Positions 60,807-64,000 of a DNA stretch of 64,000 nucleotides are shown here, piece after piece. Source of the stretch: Nitrosopumilaceae archaeon (GTDB lineage: Archaea; Thermoproteota; Nitrososphaeria; Nitrososphaerales; Nitrosopumilaceae). The notes under the pieces are model-generated. The model was not told the DNA's origin and made no database searches. It saw only the letters and a list, made by a program, of their open reading frames with translations. The stretch lies in the NCBI GenBank assembly GCA_965207375.1, contig OZ242274.1, positions 864,001 to 928,000 on the forward strand, read 5' to 3'. The stretch's first letter is position 1. Every line of letters starts with the position of its first letter. The position numbers were made by a program, and so were the translations under genes.

Positions 60807-63122
60807 TCATTGTAGATTGTGCATCGACTGCAAATCCTTTTTAAAATCGGCAAGATTTTCAGGAACCTCAATTGCAATAGAGTCACGCAACGATAACTCT
60901 TTTGATTTTTTCTCATTCCACACATTGGAGTTAAATCGCACTATATCCTCTGTAAGTCCTGTCAAATCTTTGCATTGTTGCGGCTCTGCTTGTCTCTCCA
61001 AGTGTATGCTGTTTTTAGAGTATAATGTCTGCCAAAGATACTCTGTGATAAATGGCGCAATTGGTGCTAAAAGTTTGAGGATTGTAGACAGTGTATAGTG
61101 TAGCGTATATACTGCTGCATCTCTTTGCTCATCTGAAAATCCTTCACCATAGGCGCGTTTTTTGACCATCTCGATATAGTGTGCAGCAAACAGATTCCAG
61201 ACAAATTCTCTAATTGCAATTGCAGGTACAAAGAAATTGTACTTGTCGTATCCTTTTTTGCATTCTTTGACTAGGCAGTCAAGTTCTGATAAAATCCACC
61301 TGTCAACTGCTGTAGGTTTTGCATCCTTGATTACCTCAAAACTAGACAAAAATCTTGAAACATTCCATAGCTTGCTTAGAAATTTTTTTGTACCCTCTAT
61401 TTTTTGCTCGTTACATCTAAAGTCAGAACCGTGACTTACCTCGCTTGCACTCCAAAACCTAAACGTATCAGCTCCGAATTTTTCAATTACTGGGAGGGGA
61501 TCAATTGAATTGCCCTTGCTCTTGCTCATCTTCATACCCTTCTCATCTAGACCGTATCCCATAATCCAGGCCTCGCCCCATGGTTTTTGTCCGGTCAGCT
61601 GATCACATCGCAACAGCGTATAGTACAGCCAGGTTCTTACAATGTCCTTTGCCTGCGGTCTAATTGCTGCAGGATATGTCTTTTCAAAGAATTTCATGTC
61701 CGTGCCATACCTTGAAACAAACAGTGGTGAAACACTAGAGTCCATCCACGTATCAAATGTCCTATCTTCGCCAATAAATTCTGCCGAATCGCATTTTGTA
61801 CACTTGTCTAGAGGACATTTTTCCTTCCAAGGCTGATAGTACCTTCCAGGTTCTGGAACATGTGGCTCAGAACAGCTCTTGCAATACCAAATTGGAATTT
61901 CTGTACCATAGTACCTTCTTCTTGAAATCGGCCAATCAATTGAGATCGAATCAAGCCAGTTCATCAAAATTTGCTTGTGCATTGAGGGATAAAATGTAAT
62001 TTCAGAGCCTAGTTTTTGCATTTTTTTGACAGACTCTTTTTGTTTTAGGTAATATTCCTCCATTGGAATAATTTCTATTGGAATTTTACTTCTCTCTGAA
62101 ACAGGTGTTCTGTGCGATATATCTTCGATCTTTTCTACAAATCCATTTGATTCTAAATCCTCAATTATTTTCTCCCTTGCCTGTTTTGGTCTCAGACCTG
62201 CATATGCTCCTGCAGCTTTTGTCATCTTGCCATCTAGTCCTATTGCAACAACTTCTTCTAGTTTCATCTCTCTGAACAGCGCAACATCGTTTTGATCACC
62301 ATAGCTGCACACCATTACTGCACCTGAACCAAAATCCTGCCGAGCCAAGTGATGCGCCTTAATTTGGACCTCTGCCCCAGTTAGTGGCACTATCACCTTA
62401 CTTCCAACAAATGCGGCATATCTAGAGTCTTGAGGATTTACAATAATTGCCTTGCATGCGCACAATAATTCCGGTCTAGTACTTGCAATGATAATTTGCC
62501 TGTCTGTATCTTTTATCTGAAATTTCATGTGAACAAGCCTTGTCTGCAAGTCTTGATACGCAATTTCTGCATCGGCAATTGTAGTACCTGAAACCCAGTC
62601 ATAGTTGTTGGGTCTTGTTGCAAGAACAATTTTGCCTTTCTTCCACAGTGTGATAAATGTGGACTGTGTTAATGCGCGATATTCTTTTGAATCTGTCCTG
62701 TAATGGTTTTTTAAATCACCGCTCAGGCCAAGATTTGTCATTATTAAAATCATCTCTTCTTCTAAATCGTCAAGTGCTTCTGTGCACAGGTTTAAAAACT
62801 CATCACGTCCTGTTTCTCTCATCTTGATGTTGTGTTTTTTCTCGGTGTAAAATTCTACGGGGAGTCCATTTCTGTCAATTCCTATTGGAAAATAGACATT
62901 TTTTCCATTCATTCTAGCTGTTCGTGCAATCATGTCAATTTGACAATAGTGGGCAGCAGCACCTATGTGCCAAGGCCTGCCGGAGGGATATGGAGGAGGC
63001 GTATCGATGGTATAGTTTTGTGCGGATATAGTGAAACTGTAAATATCATCTTCCTGCCATTTTTTTAACACCTGTGCTTCAAGCTCAGGATTCCATGCCT
63101 TTTGAGTAATTTTTGGGTTCAT
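60807..63122 (-). CDS. valS: Valine--tRNA ligase
   Basis: IDTPPPY..HIG, DWPISR, KMSKSKGN. Confidence 0.95.
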   Translation of the reverse strand: MNPKITQKAWNPELEAQVLKKWQEDDIYSFTISAQNYTIDTPPPYPSGRPWHIGAAAHYCQIDMIARTARMNGKNVYFPIGIDRNGLPVEFYTEKKHNIKMRETGRDEFLNLCTEALDDLEEEMILIMTNLGLSGDLKNHYRTDSKEYRALTQSTFITLWKKGKIVLATRPNNYDWVSGTTIADAEIAYQDLQTRLVHMKFQIKDTDRQIIIASTRPELLCACKAIIVNPQDSRYAAFVGSKVIVPLTGAEVQIKAHHLARQDFGSGAVMVCSYGDQNDVALFREMKLEEVVAIGLDGKMTKAAGAYAGLRPKQAREKIIEDLESNGFVEKIEDISHRTPVSERSKIPIEIIPMEEYYLKQKESVKKMQKLGSEITFYPSMHKQILMNWLDSISIDWPISRRRYYGTEIPIWYCKSCSEPHVPEPGRYYQPWKEKCPLDKCTKCDSAEFIGEDRTFDTWMDSSVSPLFVSRYGTDMKFFEKTYPAAIRPQAKDIVRTWLYYTLLRCDQLTGQKPWGEAWIMGYGLDEKGMKMSKSKGNSIDPLPVIEKFGADTFRFWSASEVSHGSDFRCNEQKIEGTKKFLSKLWNVSRFLSSFEVIKDAKPTAVDRWILSELDCLVKECKKGYDKYNFFVPAIAIREFVWNLFAAHYIEMVKKRAYGEGFSDEQRDAAVYTLHYTLSTILKLLAPIAPFITEYLWQTLYSKNSIHLERQAEPQQCKDLTGLTEDIVRFNSNVWNEKKSKELSLRDSIAIEVPENLADFKKDLQSMHNLQ

Positions 63123-63931
63123 TTTCCTGCAATGTTGGATATTATGTGTGAGCCTTTATTATATCCCTCATAAATGTAAACGCCTACTGCTTCGACATTT
63201 TCTGGAAGTTTTGGTGACAGCAATTTTATCAGCTCCGTTGACAAGTTTTCAACTGTTGCCTCTCCTTTTAATAGATATGTCGTATGTTTTGGAACCTGTA
63301 AATCAAACATTCCTTTTGGACCTTCAAAAGAAATTCTGTAATGAATGTCGTCTTGGGACCGGAGATATCTCTCATTAATAAAAAATTTATGATCAAAAAC
63401 TCCTATTGCTTCTTTGATTATTCTTTTGGCCTCGCCAAAATCCACTAGCAAATTATTCTTCATCTGTCCTACTAGTTCTACCATCAGCGATGATGTATGT
63501 CCATGCAGAATAGAGCATTTTTCAACCAATGGAAGTATGTGCGCATAATCAAACGCAAATGAAGGATCCTCTAAAAATATCGAGCCGGTTTGAGGTGCTT
63601 TATCATAAAACACAATTTCCTCTAATTCCTTGATTTGAGCCGCATACTGTGGATGTCCCACTGCCATGATTTTTTTGTCTGGAAATTTTTCCTTTATTGC
63701 TTTGTATTTTGCAACGTCTTTGTCACAGTCTATTACTTCAATTAATCCCTCATCTGTTTTAAAATCAATCTTGATTAGTGGATCCTCATTAATTGTTACA
63801 TCATATTCGTATTGATGATTCAAAAATGCCAACATTTGTGCGATGGATAGTTCTGTTCGAGAGCGCATCAAATTTTCTTTTTTATCCAAATATCTAAAAT
63901 CTGAATCTACTACTGTGGGATCGGCAGTCAT
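63119..63931 (-). CDS. queD: 6-carboxytetrahydropterin synthase with extra N-terminal domain
   Basis: FDYAH, CSILHGH, DFG, FDHK, TVENL. Confidence 0.82.
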   Translation of the reverse strand: MTADPTVVDSDFRYLDKKENLMRSRTELSIAQMLAFLNHQYEYDVTINEDPLIKIDFKTDEGLIEVIDCDKDVAKYKAIKEKFPDKKIMAVGHPQYAAQIKELEEIVFYDKAPQTGSIFLEDPSFAFDYAHILPLVEKCSILHGHTSSLMVELVGQMKNNLLVDFGEAKRIIKEAIGVFDHKFFINERYLRSQDDIHYRISFEGPKGMFDLQVPKHTTYLLKGEATVENLSTELIKLLSPKLPENVEAVGVYIYEGYNKGSHIISNIAGK

Positions 63932-64000
63932 TTGGTGACTCTTTTTGTGTTCAGTATATAAATTCTGGAGGGTTAAAGGCGTAACCTCAGGTTTGTAGTG

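Overview
This is a low-GC ammonia-oxidising archaeon of the Nitrosopumilaceae type (Nitrososphaerota/Thaumarchaeota), identified by amoB<- amoC-> amoX-> amoA->, candidate amoY/amoZ next to rps15, and archaeal translation genes (rps3ae, serS, trpS, pheS/T, valS). The backbone carries a heavy IS load: IS66 x3 (one nested in another, one disrupting a cupredoxin gene), IS481, ISH3, IS110, IS630/IS5/IS3 relics and two MITEs. An ~18.7 kb island splits serS from rps3ae and holds a type III-like R-M system and secreted proteins. Main hunt results: (1) an archaeal IS110 whose two-loop bridge RNA can be read directly, with guides matching its own insertion junctions; (2) an unassigned ~185-nt structured, possibly pseudoknotted RNA between pheT and an EVE gene; (3) a box C/D guide predicted to make 23S Gm2251; (4) a 35-aa membrane microprotein missed by the ORF track; (5) secreted proteins sharing a 33-bp promoter and signal peptide; (6) two double-intron tRNAs. 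All calls come from reading by eye, with no database searches.
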